The notes under the pieces were generated by a model. That model searched no databases and was not told where the DNA came from. It was given only the letters and a program-made list of their open reading frames with translations. This document shows positions 18,986-28,640 of a stretch of 64,000 bases of DNA, one piece after another (within the stretch, counting starts at the first letter, position 1; each line of letters opens with the position of its first letter). The position numbers and the translations under genes are program-made. Source of the DNA: a virus; IMG/VR virus record IMGVR_UViG_3300028585_000021, positions 1 to 64,000 of that record; one strand, written 5' to 3'.

Positions 18986-20731
18986 TTAGCTGCCGGTACC
19001 GGTGCCGGTTGCCGCTGCTTCAGGTGCGGTTTCGCCTTCGATCTTCTTACCAGTCAGCATGCTGTAAGCGCCGACTTTGGTATTGGTCAGGGTCAGCTTG
19101 GCGAAGTAGTTTTCACCATTGCGCGGGTGCAGCTCGTTCAGAGAAGAACCCCAAAGCGTGGTGCGGTTGACCAGCGACGGGTTGGTTTCGTGGACATACG
19201 GAATGGCTGGAACAGCGTCACCAGCGATCAGACCTGCGTCACCGATGGAATCACCGCGGCCGTAGAAAAGAATGTCTTCTTTACCCAGCGCCACGCCGTC
19301 TAACACGAACTGATCGCAGATAGCAGTAGGGACTTCGAAGATCTGGTAGATACCGAACAGGGTACCGATACGCTGGATGTACGGTGACTGCACAAAGTTA
19401 GGGTCAGCCTGGAATACGTTAGCAGGCAGGCTCTTCAGGAAGTTTGCCGCCTCACCACCAGCAAAACCGCCACGGATACCGGCTTTACGGGTACGGTTCA
19501 CCATGTCGGTGCTCAGCTGGGTGACAGCATGTTTCATCAGGCCTACCCACGATTCGTAGGTCTGGCCTTCCGGCAATGCCACGTCGAACTCACGGCCATA
19601 GACAGCATGGAATGCCATCGTGCGCAGACGCATCATGTCCTGCTCATGACTCAGCCAGTTACGCATAGCAGTGAACTGGGTTGAGGACAGGTTGATACCA
19701 AACTCACGGCTCAGATCGGACGCGGCCATAACAGTGTGCTCAGATGCGATCACGAACTGTGACGGCTTAACGGTGAACTCACGCATGGACTGGTTAATAA
19801 CCGGGATCAGGCTTGGTGATTTCTCAACGTTGATCTCAACCTGTGCCGCCAGCTCAGTACCTTTAGCCGGTGCATCTGTGAAGGTGACAGCGATGGTGCC
19901 TTTCTCGTAATCGACCTTACAGGTAGCCGCAAACGCGTTGCCTTTAACGTCTTTATCGGAGAAATACAGGTTGCCGTCGCCGTCATCAACTTTGCCCGGA
20001 CGACGGTTGATCAGCAGTTTGGCGCGGCCAGCACGGATCGGCATATCAGCGCCTTCAACCGCTTTAATTGAGAAAGTGAAGGTTTTCTTGGTGCCATCCG
20101 GCTGCATTGCGGCAGGGAACGGATACAGGCGCTTCATCTGTGAGTACACAGCTGCAGACTGCATGTGCATTTCGTCGCCCTGCTCAAAAGAGCCGAACTT
20201 AGTACCGGCGACGTTCAGGAGCTCGTAAATCTTCGCTTCATCGCGCTCACACGGAACAAAGGTACACGCGTCACTGGTGGCTGCGCCCAGCACCGCAGGC
20301 AGGATCAGCGCGGCAAACTGCGCCTGACGCATCACGCCATCAGAAGTACGCATGTCAGCTGCGACAGACTCAAACATCGCCTTGCCGTTGCCTTCATGCT
20401 TTTCAAGGGCTGATTCGATCATCAGGTTTTCCAGCGCACGGCTGGCGTTCGCCAGCTGGTCAGCTGGTGGGTAGTGACCATGACGCTCTTTGTACTCGAT
20501 CATGCTCGACGCCCAGGCGGTGCCAACAATACGGCAGAACTCAGGGTTAACGCCTTCAAACATCGGGTCACGGCCTGCTGCTGCGCCAATGTTTACAGAC
20601 ATTTCGCCACGGTCAGAAATCATTGCGCCAGAAGCATTGCGCTGTGCATCAACGGTAAAAGCCATGACACGCGAGGCGCGGGTCATGATGTCCTGCTCAC
20701 GCATACGTGCAGGGGTAATATCTTTGCTCAC
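18986..20731 (-). CDS. Major capsid protein (P1 gp23-like size and position)
   Basis: 581 aa, first gene of a late operon directly upstream of the sheath gene. The call rests on size, position and strong expression context. Confidence 0.65.
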   Translation of the reverse strand: MSKDITPARMREQDIMTRASRVMAFTVDAQRNASGAMISDRGEMSVNIGAAAGRDPMFEGVNPEFCRIVGTAWASSMIEYKERHGHYPPADQLANASRALENLMIESALEKHEGNGKAMFESVAADMRTSDGVMRQAQFAALILPAVLGAATSDACTFVPCERDEAKIYELLNVAGTKFGSFEQGDEMHMQSAAVYSQMKRLYPFPAAMQPDGTKKTFTFSIKAVEGADMPIRAGRAKLLINRRPGKVDDGDGNLYFSDKDVKGNAFAATCKVDYEKGTIAVTFTDAPAKGTELAAQVEINVEKSPSLIPVINQSMREFTVKPSQFVIASEHTVMAASDLSREFGINLSSTQFTAMRNWLSHEQDMMRLRTMAFHAVYGREFDVALPEGQTYESWVGLMKHAVTQLSTDMVNRTRKAGIRGGFAGGEAANFLKSLPANVFQADPNFVQSPYIQRIGTLFGIYQIFEVPTAICDQFVLDGVALGKEDILFYGRGDSIGDAGLIAGDAVPAIPYVHETNPSLVNRTTLWGSSLNELHPRNGENYFAKLTLTNTKVGAYSMLTGKKIEGETAPEAAATGTGTGS

Positions 20732-20789
20732 AATTCAGCCCTTTTTTCAGGGCGCGGCTGCGAGGGAATCTTTGACGAGGCAAATTTAT

Positions 20790-20805
20790 GCGGTTTGTAC
20801 TTTGC
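20790..20805 (-). promoter_or_regulatory. Late-operon promoter-like motif, copy A4 (plus-strand GCGGTTTGTACTTTGC)
   Basis: The identical 16-mer occurs at 34149-34164. This copy lies 60 nt upstream of the capsid gene start. Confidence 0.45.
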
Positions 20806-20900
20806 GATGTGAGAGAGGCAAGAAAAGATTTTAAAATCTAAGGATAAATTTTATTTTTTGATGTACCTTTCCGGCATGTAATTGACCACTGGTAAACCTC

Positions 20901-21323
20901 ATGTCTTATAAGCTCTATTTTCAGTACGCCAACGGCACCAAATCGCACACCTTATCGACCGGAAGCCAGCGTGACGCTCGACTCCATTTGGATTATTTGC
21001 TCAGCGAGAAAGAGCCACGTTCGCTGGCTAATCAGATCGTCATCATGTACGGCGCTGAAATCATCATGGAGGCATGCCCCACGTTAGAGGACGACGCTAT
21101 TCGCGGTATGGCACGCTGGCGCAGGGCAGGCAATACGCAGCAGATGCACAACCCGGTAACGGCGTCCATTTACATGCCATTAGCGGCGCGTGAATTTCTG
21201 GTTAATCAGGGTGACGGTTCCCTGGCGGCGGGCATGCGTAAAATTATGCTGGAGATAGGCGGGCCGGAAGTGGCGGCGGGCTACATGATAGAAAATCAGG
21301 CCGGAGAAGTCGCGGAGGCATAA
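20901..21323 (+). CDS. Hypothetical protein (early or lysogenic strand)
   Basis: 140-aa ORF followed by a terminator. A GTAAT-tga-CCACTGG element lies 8 nt upstream of its ATG. Confidence 0.55.
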   Translation: MSYKLYFQYANGTKSHTLSTGSQRDARLHLDYLLSEKEPRSLANQIVIMYGAEIIMEACPTLEDDAIRGMARWRRAGNTQQMHNPVTASIYMPLAAREFLVNQGDGSLAAGMRKIMLEIGGPEVAAGYMIENQAGEVAEA

Positions 21324-21326
21324 AGT

Positions 21327-21352
21327 AAAACCGCCCAAATGGGCGGTTTTTT
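21327..21352. terminator. Bidirectional rho-independent terminator between convergent genes
   Basis: AAAACCGCCC-aaat-GGGCGGTTTTTT. Confidence 0.75.
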
Positions 21353-21653
21353 ATAGCGTCTGATTATGGTCTGAAATTAGGCTGTTTCGCCGGTTGCATT
21401 CATCGACTATTGTCAGGATCCTCGCCACATAAGCGGGTAGCTGGTCAGTGAATCCGGGTATGTTTTCATCCACCTGGCACGGCTGGTAGGCCTGCGCTTT
21501 TTGAGGCGGCACTTCCACCAGCTTTGTGACCGTCACGACTTCGGGTGTTAACGGCACGGGCTTTGTCCCGGAGCATGCGAATAACGCTGGCAGGCAAAGC
21601 AGTATGATTAACACCGGCAAGCAGTATCGCACGATTGATCTCATCAATTTCAT
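21351..21653 (-). CDS. Outer-membrane spanin (Rz1-like lipoprotein)
   Basis: Signal peptide with a lipobox (LPALFAC). The gene overlaps the 3-prime end of the i-spanin gene in another frame, and the mature part is proline-rich. Confidence 0.65.
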   Translation of the reverse strand: MKLMRSIVRYCLPVLIILLCLPALFACSGTKPVPLTPEVVTVTKLVEVPPQKAQAYQPCQVDENIPGFTDQLPAYVARILTIVDECNRRNSLISDHNQTL

Positions 21654-21990
21654 TCTGACTATCCTCTTTAAGTTTCTCTAATTCCTGCTCCAGATCGGCC
21701 TGCTTCTGCACGTATTCCTGGCGGTCCTTTTCCCGCTTAGCCAGTGTCTGCTGCAGCGTGGCCAGCTGCGCCTGCTGATCGGAAAGCGCGGTTTTCAGCG
21801 TGCTGTTATTGCCGGTTAGCGTTTTGTTATTGGTGATTAGCGTGGTGTTGGCTGATTCCAGCTCCGCGACGTGCGCAAAGTGATCCGTAATGGTCACGTA
21901 CCCTTTATGGCCCAGCATCAGCAGAGCCGCGCAGAGCGCTACCGCGACAGCACGTTTCAGCCAGCCGGTTATAGTGATTTCACTGAACAT
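21466..21990 (-). CDS. Inner-membrane spanin (Rz-like)
   Basis: N-terminal TM helix (AVAVALCAALLMLG) followed by a long coiled coil (QQAQLATLQQTLAKREKDRQEYVQKQADLEQELEKLKE). Overlapped with the lipoprotein gene. Confidence 0.65.
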   Translation of the reverse strand: MFSEITITGWLKRAVAVALCAALLMLGHKGYVTITDHFAHVAELESANTTLITNNKTLTGNNSTLKTALSDQQAQLATLQQTLAKREKDRQEYVQKQADLEQELEKLKEDSQNEIDEINRAILLAGVNHTALPASVIRMLRDKARAVNTRSRDGHKAGGSAASKSAGLPAVPGG

Positions 21991-22045
21991 GATTATTCCT
22001 GTGTAAGCGCAGCCATGACGGCTGCGTGCATGAGAGTGAGGGCAA

Positions 22046-22330
22046 TCAATTCACTTGGAATCCGGCATCGCCTGTTGCGACTGTTGATCCGCATGAAACC
22101 TGATCGTCAACGCACACAATGCCTTTGCCATTGATGGTGAACCACGGACGGCCAGAGACCGCCTTGCCGTTATGGGTGCTTTTACCGTCTGTGTGGTCCT
22201 TAAACAGCTTACCGTCCACCAGCACGGCCTTACCGTTGATTGTCAGCCCCGCGTCAGCCTCTGCAGTCTGTCGCGGAGGAAAGGCACCGTGTCCGGAGCA
22301 AACGGAATCCAGCGTACCGGCAGCAGGCAT
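22046..22330 (-). CDS. PAAR-like spike-tip protein (putative)
   Basis: 94 aa beginning MPAAG..DSVCSGHG, with repeated INGK..V motifs and conserved Cys/His. This resembles PAAR-repeat proteins. Confidence 0.45.
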   Translation of the reverse strand: MPAAGTLDSVCSGHGAFPPRQTAEADAGLTINGKAVLVDGKLFKDHTDGKSTHNGKAVSGRPWFTINGKGIVCVDDQVSCGSTVATGDAGFQVN

Positions 22331-22367
22331 CAGCCCACCCCGGCGCCGGAGCGCGCCTTACTGGTCA

Positions 22368-22946
22368 TCACGACTCCATCAGTTCATAGAAGTCATCAGG
22401 GATATCACTGAATGTCACGAACAAGGCCAGCCAGACGGCGCGGCTTGCATCAGTGATATAACGCGACAGCTTGACGGTACTCAGTACCTTTTCAACCCAC
22501 TTGGCCTGCGTCTGTTGATCTGCCGGAGACATTTCGCTCCAAGCGTCAGTAGACATATCGCGTCCCAAATTAAGCGCGTAGATCGCAGACCACATTACCG
22601 GCATAAGCTCGATGGTTTCTGGCTCGTCGGACAGTGAATCTTTCATGTCCATATAGAACTCTGTCGCAGCCTGGCAGATGTAGGCAGGGATCAACATGTA
22701 GCGATGTTCCGGACGCATGGCCATCATGCGCACGCGGGTATCCTCCGCTGTGGCGTTCGCCATCGTCTGCTCAATCATTGTGTTACGAGTGGTGCGCTGT
22801 GAGGGGGTGAGACGCCAGTATGGCGTTTCAATCAGCGTCCGCGTTTCACGCGAGTAGTTGTACTCATACTGAAACTGCGGATCTTCGCGCAACGCCATGT
22901 TCAGGTTGTGGAATAGTTCAAAATGCGTGGGCTTACGGTTGCTCAT
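22368..22946 (-). CDS. Hypothetical protein (first gene of the late lysis/PAAR operon)
   Basis: 192-aa ORF. Late-promoter-like motif A3 (22985-22997) lies 45 nt upstream. Confidence 0.55.
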   Translation of the reverse strand: MSNRKPTHFELFHNLNMALREDPQFQYEYNYSRETRTLIETPYWRLTPSQRTTRNTMIEQTMANATAEDTRVRMMAMRPEHRYMLIPAYICQAATEFYMDMKDSLSDEPETIELMPVMWSAIYALNLGRDMSTDAWSEMSPADQQTQAKWVEKVLSTVKLSRYITDASRAVWLALFVTFSDIPDDFYELMES

Positions 22947-22984
22947 AATCCATCCGATCTGGTTAAACGAGCGAGGAGAATAGA

Positions 22985-22997
22985 GGGTTTGTAATTT
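22985..22997 (-). promoter_or_regulatory. Late-operon promoter-like motif, copy A3 (plus-strand GGGTTTGTAATTT)
   Basis: Matches the family TYTGTAMTTT, in the same orientation and at the same distance to a start codon as the other copies. Confidence 0.4.
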
Positions 22998-23139
22998 AGA
23001 AGGGTGAGCTGCAGTATTTGCATTAGATTTTAAAGTATAAAATTTTCATAAAAATAACTTTAAGTTTTCGCCACTTTTCCCGTATAGTCTGGCTTCGCGG
23101 CAGGTTGCGCCATCACTTACTGAAGAAAAGGAATGCGAA

Positions 23140-23547
23140 ATGAATGATGTTTACGGACGAATGATCACCGATGCTAATTTGCCTATTCAGAAAACCGTAC
23201 TGGCATCTTCTGAAAGAACGGGCGTGCAGCTACTGGACTGCGGAGAAGACTGCCAGGGGCGCTATGAAGTGATCGCAGGAAATGTGCTGGTGGCCTGCAC
23301 AGATGATTACGCGAGAGCGAGAGACTACTATTTCAAAGAAACCAGCCGTGTGAGTGCTGAATGTCAGGCTGCTTACAACGTAAGAGCCAGAGAAGCAAAG
23401 GCGGCAGGGCTTATTGGCTATCTTTTCCGTGAGTATGCCTGTGAGCACATCACGATGGATCAGGCGCTGCAGTTGCTAAAAACACCGCGAGGCATTCCGG
23501 CAGAATCACTACCAGCCTTCTGGGATACCGGGATGAAGCTAACCTAA
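23140..23547 (+). CDS. Hypothetical protein
   Basis: 135-aa ORF with an AAAAGGAA Shine-Dalgarno. A plausible promoter TTAAGT-17-TATAGT lies upstream. Confidence 0.5.
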   Translation: MNDVYGRMITDANLPIQKTVLASSERTGVQLLDCGEDCQGRYEVIAGNVLVACTDDYARARDYYFKETSRVSAECQAAYNVRAREAKAAGLIGYLFREYACEHITMDQALQLLKTPRGIPAESLPAFWDTGMKLT

Positions 23548-23684
23548 GATTTGGCGGTTTCTTAACACATTTACATGGTCCGGAAGTCCTTTATAGTGCC
23601 AAAGGAAGTTGATGTATGAGAGTCATGCACGTATATAATTGCGTTAGAATGACTTAACGTTTTAAGGATGAAAGGTAAAGCACC

Positions 23685-24005
23685 ATGACAGTTAATGAAT
23701 CAGAGTTATTGAAGTCCGGTTTTACTGATGCTGATTTGAAAATAATCAAAAATAATATTGAAAGCTATGGTGGAACGCTGCACGAAGCAGTAGTGGAGTT
23801 AAGCAACAGATTTAGAGTCCTGTTATGGATCGTTTCAGCCTTCACGCTAGTCTTTGTATTTCTTCTTTGTTTCTCGACTAAACCATACATTTTAGGGGGA
23901 GGCTTATCTCTGCTGTTCTGTGCAGTCATTGTGACGTTTATTCAACCGCCAGTGCTGGCCTGGAAATCATGGCGCTACTGGCGGTCGAAAAAAGGCTTAG
24001 CGTGA
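23685..24005 (+). CDS. Small membrane protein (2 TM helices)
   Basis: 106 aa with hydrophobic stretches VLLWIVSAFTLVFVFLLCF and GGGLSLLFCAVIVTFI. AT-rich codon usage. Confidence 0.5.
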   Translation: MTVNESELLKSGFTDADLKIIKNNIESYGGTLHEAVVELSNRFRVLLWIVSAFTLVFVFLLCFSTKPYILGGGLSLLFCAVIVTFIQPPVLAWKSWRYWRSKKGLA

Positions 24006-24827
24006 TTGATCACTTACGCTGAGTAAATCGAATGTCACCTTAGCCGTTACACCCCATCCGATTATTTTCATGGTCAGCTTTGGACGGCTCATGGTGTCAA
24101 TCTTACGGAAGTAATCGCGAGGCATCCATTTGAAAAGCCGCCATGCGGCAGGCTTTCTCGCCAGCCCCCAAACGCTGTAAACACTGGCTGAGAGTGTTAG
24201 CGTATTGTAGAAAGCCAGTCCTGACTCTGGTTTAAATCCCATGAATTTTGCAGCCTGCATTGCACCATCGGCAATAATTCCTTCTGTTTGTACGTCAGAC
24301 AGGTTGGTAATAAATTCTTTGGTCACGCCATTAGCCCCGTCAACAACGAGAACGGCACCAGCCAGTATGCCAACAGGTGTCATTGTCGCGATCATCAAAG
24401 CACCGCCGACAACAGAAAAACTTGAAAGCGCGACATGAACAGCGGAAATCATGTAACCCACAATTTTGTTGTTTTCGCGAACAAACTCCACTTTGGCATA
24501 GAGTTGTGCTGCCTTTGTGAGCAGTAATCTTCTTTGCTCTTCAAGGTTTTCTGTTTCAGATCTAAGCTGTTTAACGCACTCCAGACATTCTTCATCAGAT
24601 TTTGCTTGTCGGGCGGCGGCAAACTGCTTATCAACAACCGATTTTATTTCCTGGACAAACTGCATCCGGGTAAGCCCATCGTTAAGATGTAAGGCTGACA
24701 GCCTGTTAGCTGTATTGATCAGCTTTCTGGCTTCAAGGTTGACCATTGTTTCAGCCCAGGCTTTATTCCTTCCACCTGAGCGCATCATTTCAAGCAAGGC
24801 TGCGTCCATTTTTATCTCCCTGTACAT
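23997..24827 (-). CDS. Membrane protein with an N-terminal coiled coil and central TM helices
   Basis: 276-aa ORF, AT-rich, convergent with the 106-aa gene. Hydrophobic segments include VGYMISAVHVALSSFSVVGGALMIATMTPVGILAGAVLVV. Confidence 0.55.
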   Translation of the reverse strand: MYREIKMDAALLEMMRSGGRNKAWAETMVNLEARKLINTANRLSALHLNDGLTRMQFVQEIKSVVDKQFAAARQAKSDEECLECVKQLRSETENLEEQRRLLLTKAAQLYAKVEFVRENNKIVGYMISAVHVALSSFSVVGGALMIATMTPVGILAGAVLVVDGANGVTKEFITNLSDVQTEGIIADGAMQAAKFMGFKPESGLAFYNTLTLSASVYSVWGLARKPAAWRLFKWMPRDYFRKIDTMSRPKLTMKIIGWGVTAKVTFDLLSVSDQSR

Positions 24828-24954
24828 TACATCATCAATAATACTCGCTGATTACTGGCTGTAAACAGTGGCAGACCGTTCCATTGATCATCAATGACAC
24901 TCCAATAAAAATTGGCATCAAAAATACGTGCTCTGCTGATAGTCCAGCAAAGAC

Positions 24955-24978
24955 AAAAAACCCGCATAAAGCGGGTTT
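24955..24978 (-). terminator. Rho-independent terminator after the methyltransferase gene
   Basis: Minus strand reads AAACCCGC-tttat-GCGGGTTTTTT, 9 nt after the stop. Confidence 0.75.
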
Positions 24979-24986
24979 CGTTCGTT

Positions 24987-27704
24987 TTAGAGAGCGGCAA
25001 TTATGTCGTTGACCGTTTTGCGCGTCTCACTTTTGCAAGATACGGAGCGGCGTGTGGCCAGCGGGGCGATTCTGAAGCCGTTGCTGATGTACAGATGCAG
25101 AATGGCAGGTGCGCTGCTGTTTGTGATAACCACCTTAGCCCCACGGTCCCTCGCTACGACAAGGCTCTCCACCAGCCGCACCTGATCTGCAAACGTGAAT
25201 GAGGTGCCGCTGTAGGCCGTAAACCCGGCTTCGTCCGGCAGAGGCTCATAAGGTGGATCACAAAACACTACATCACCTTCACCCGCCTGCGCGATCACAT
25301 CCTCAAATCCGGCACACATGAACGTCATTTCTTTCTGCATGCCGGTGAAGTGCGCCAGTTCATCCATCGGGAAGTAGTTCGCTTCACCTTTTTTATTCCA
25401 GCCCACGTTAAACAGGCCTTTTTGATTGTACCGGCACAAACCGTTGTAGCTGGTGCGCATTAGCGCGAGGAAAAGCGCTGCGTGGCGTACAGCGTGTGCC
25501 TCGCGCCCGTTAAACTCGGTCCGGATTGCATCATGTGCCTTACCGGATATGCAGCCTCGCTCCAGCTGGTAGGCCGTCTTAATTACGGCATCAGGATTGC
25601 CCTGCAACTGATTGAACAGGTTAATCAGGTCCGGGTTAACATCACCCAACAGGTTGCGCTTAAATCCTGCGTTGATAAAGACCGTACCACTGCCGACGAA
25701 GGGCTCAATGAGACGGTCGCCAGCAGGAAGCATTGCCAGCACTTCATCCAGTACAGAGTATTTACCGCCCGCCCATTTCAGGAATGAACGGGGATATTTG
25801 TCGTCCGCAATCTTGCGCGCCGGCGCACGCTTTTTCTTTGCGGCAGGCGGAGCGGGGAAGGCCGCTGGCTGAGTCTCAATTTCGCCAGTCACCAACATGA
25901 TTTGATTAGCAATGCGATTGCCAATCCAGCGCATGACCGGCACGGGCATAGAGTTACCGATCGCTTTATAGCGCGGACCATCAGCCGCCAGCCGGTGCGC
26001 CTCTTCTTCCGGCATATCAGGGTGCATCAGGCGTAGGTATGCCAGTTCATCAGCGGCAAGTATATTGCGCTTCTTTTCCGGGATCAGGGTCCAGCCATCC
26101 GGGAAGCCCTGCAGACGCTCACACTCCTTTGGAGTAAGACGGCGAACTTCGCAGTGACTGACTACAGACGGGAAGCCCTGTCCGGGTTTACCTCCACCAG
26201 CTGACAGTGCGCCGGTGATCTGGCCATCACCATTGAACAACCGGAGCTCGCCACGGGTGTTTTCAGCAAACGCAGCATGCTCTACGCAGCGGGCCACACA
26301 GGGCGCTGCATCGCCTTTGCCCGTTTCCCCGGATTCAGCGCTAAGCGTATGGCAAACATCAGCCATGTTGCCGCGGCCATTACGCGCTATGCGAGTCTGG
26401 AAGCCGTAAGCCACTGCTGGTGGCGCGCCAGCATTAGCATGGCTTTCAGCATGCCCGCCTGCCCGTAAAGTTGGAGATATGCCCTCTACCGCATCCTGCC
26501 CGTAGTCTTTGGAAGAGAACGCCAATATGACATTCTCCTGCCCTTGATTGCATCCGATGGTATGAGCCAAGTTATTTAGTAGGTTTGGATCCTGTGTGCC
26601 GTGAATAACGCGCACTGCAATACTTTCATGGTCAGCGCCAGATTTAGCCCTTAATGCTGAAATCCCTTCAGCAAATGAGCCATGTCCATTAGAAGAGAAA
26701 GCCACGACAGGCGTACCACGCCCAGTACCATCTTCTGACGCATCATGACCTTCTGCTGTAAGGGTGTGGCTTACCTCGCCAGTAGCGCTCTGCACTGCAA
26801 ACGTCTCTACGTCAAAATCATTGCGCTGGCCTTTTGCGGTCAGGCACGCGGCTACGTTAAGCGCACCTGAGCAGTTACCGCCGCCAAATGCTGAAATTAA
26901 GTGACCGGCTGCGGCGTGGGAGAAGTCAGGGCCACCGACTCCAGAGCCGTTAGCAGTAAGGGGGGCAACTGCCTGCCCCGTTTCTCTGCGCGGCGGAGAA
27001 TCCCGGCGCACGCCGTCGAACTCAAGAAGTACTTCTGCGGGATCAACGTCGTTTCGAGCACTTGAGACAACGAACACACGGCGGCGGCGTTGGGCCACTC
27101 CGAAGTATTGGGCATCGAGCAGTCGCCAGGCGAGTTTGCGCTGTCGTCCAATAACACAACCAGACTTTGGCCACTTCGCCACATGCTTGCCGTCGCTTTT
27201 TTTCCATCGCCAGCCAAGGCCGTTTTTCCCTTGCTCAGGTCGTGGGCCTGGTTCAAACGCTTCATCTTCTCCAGCCATTCCGGCAAGGAAGTATCCAAAG
27301 GCGTTGTCGTCGGTGCTGAGGCTTCCCGGCACGTTTTCCCACAGGTGGACGGCTGGTGGTTCGCCGTTTGAGACTCGTTTTTCATCAATGGCATTCGCTA
27401 AATCTACATAGGCAAGGGTGAGTTGACCGCGAGGGTCGTCAAGGCTTTTACGGAGTCCGGCGATAGAGAACGCCTGGCACGGGGTGCCGCCAACCATCAC
27501 AGCGGGGGCAAGGATAGAGCCAGCGCGAACGCCAGCGGCAATTTTGGTCATGTCGCCTAGGTTAGGGACGTCGGGATAGTGGTGTGCCAGCACGGCCGCG
27601 GGAAACTTTTCAATCTCCGCGAACCATGCCGCTTTCCATCCCAGCCCGTCCCACGCCACGCTGGCCGCTTCAATGCCGGAGCAAACGGAACCATAGGTGA
27701 TCAT
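24987..27704 (-). CDS. dmt: Bifunctional DNA methyltransferase: N-terminal C5-cytosine MTase with an expanded target-recognition region, fused to a C-terminal Dam-like N6-adenine MTase (P1 Dmt analog)
   Basis: C5 motifs: CSGIEAAS (I), GGTPCQAFS (IV), LWENVPG (VI), RRLTPKECERLQGFPDGW (IX), GNSMPVPV (X). Dam part: FLKWAGGKYSVL, EPFVGSGTVF, CDPPY. Confidence 0.9.
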   Translation of the reverse strand: MITYGSVCSGIEAASVAWDGLGWKAAWFAEIEKFPAAVLAHHYPDVPNLGDMTKIAAGVRAGSILAPAVMVGGTPCQAFSIAGLRKSLDDPRGQLTLAYVDLANAIDEKRVSNGEPPAVHLWENVPGSLSTDDNAFGYFLAGMAGEDEAFEPGPRPEQGKNGLGWRWKKSDGKHVAKWPKSGCVIGRQRKLAWRLLDAQYFGVAQRRRRVFVVSSARNDVDPAEVLLEFDGVRRDSPPRRETGQAVAPLTANGSGVGGPDFSHAAAGHLISAFGGGNCSGALNVAACLTAKGQRNDFDVETFAVQSATGEVSHTLTAEGHDASEDGTGRGTPVVAFSSNGHGSFAEGISALRAKSGADHESIAVRVIHGTQDPNLLNNLAHTIGCNQGQENVILAFSSKDYGQDAVEGISPTLRAGGHAESHANAGAPPAVAYGFQTRIARNGRGNMADVCHTLSAESGETGKGDAAPCVARCVEHAAFAENTRGELRLFNGDGQITGALSAGGGKPGQGFPSVVSHCEVRRLTPKECERLQGFPDGWTLIPEKKRNILAADELAYLRLMHPDMPEEEAHRLAADGPRYKAIGNSMPVPVMRWIGNRIANQIMLVTGEIETQPAAFPAPPAAKKKRAPARKIADDKYPRSFLKWAGGKYSVLDEVLAMLPAGDRLIEPFVGSGTVFINAGFKRNLLGDVNPDLINLFNQLQGNPDAVIKTAYQLERGCISGKAHDAIRTEFNGREAHAVRHAALFLALMRTSYNGLCRYNQKGLFNVGWNKKGEANYFPMDELAHFTGMQKEMTFMCAGFEDVIAQAGEGDVVFCDPPYEPLPDEAGFTAYSGTSFTFADQVRLVESLVVARDRGAKVVITNSSAPAILHLYISNGFRIAPLATRRSVSCKSETRKTVNDIIAAL

Positions 27705-28609
27705 CGCTTCGCCTCGCCGCCCAGCGCTTCCACCAGCCCGGAGAAGAAGCTGGAAAACTCAGACGTAAAGAGCAGAAAATCAGCCAGCATGCGTGCGCGC
27801 TGATCCTCGCGGTCGATATCATCATTCTGCTGGGTGAGCATGTCAGCGTACTTAATGCCCTTAATGCTCAGGTCATCGGATACGCGGCAGAAAATGCGCT
27901 CCTGCCAGTCCAGGCTAAGCTGCGTGACCAGCTTTCCGGCCTCAATGTGTGTACGCACTTCGTCGCTCAGCAAATCCTGTTTTTTGCAGCGGATTTTGCC
28001 GCCATCTTCCAGTATTGCCGCCAGTTCAGCCTCGTCGCCCAGCGCAAAACCGGCAGGCAGTTCTGCGGCGCGCAGCCATTCAGTCAGCGTCAGCTCAATA
28101 GGATCAGCGGCCATCATCGGAATAACCGGCAGTGAGCCGATGGTTTTGCGCAGTAGCGCCAGCATGTCTTCAGCAGATTTAGCGCTGGCCGCGTCAACGT
28201 AGATGCGGCTGTTAACGTTGTCGATCCAGATGTACGACTCAGAGCGCCGTGAAAAAGCACGCGGCAGAAGCACACACAGCGCCTCGTCTCTCAGACTTAC
28301 CCTTTCACTGCGGCGCACCTTGCGCGCCTGCTCACGCTCAATTTTCTCCACTTTCTCGGCAACGTAATCATTGAGCGTTGCGACTGGCATGATTTTGGTT
28401 TCATGCTGACAGCACAGCAGGTACTGACCGTTCTCAGCCAGTAACATGCTGTCAGACGTCACATTGATCCAGCCTGATTTAGCCATGTCCTGCGCAGCAC
28501 AGGGAGAAAACGCCATCGTCTGCAGCTGCTGGTCCAGTTCCTCCGCATCGAGCGGAATGTCCCGGTTCAGGCTGTAGGCCATGACGTTTTTAAAGAAGGG
28601 GGATTTCAT
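27701..28609 (-). CDS. rdgC: Recombination-associated protein RdgC
   Basis: 302 aa. The N-terminus FFKNVMAYSLNRDIPLDAEELDQQLQTMAFSPCAAQDMAKSGW parallels E. coli RdgC (WFKNLMVYRL...MAFTPCGSQDMAKMGW). Confidence 0.85.
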   Translation of the reverse strand: MKSPFFKNVMAYSLNRDIPLDAEELDQQLQTMAFSPCAAQDMAKSGWINVTSDSMLLAENGQYLLCCQHETKIMPVATLNDYVAEKVEKIEREQARKVRRSERVSLRDEALCVLLPRAFSRRSESYIWIDNVNSRIYVDAASAKSAEDMLALLRKTIGSLPVIPMMAADPIELTLTEWLRAAELPAGFALGDEAELAAILEDGGKIRCKKQDLLSDEVRTHIEAGKLVTQLSLDWQERIFCRVSDDLSIKGIKYADMLTQQNDDIDREDQRARMLADFLLFTSEFSSFFSGLVEALGGEAKR

Positions 28610-28640
28610 TCAGAAATGTCTCAACTAAAAGAGTTAATAC

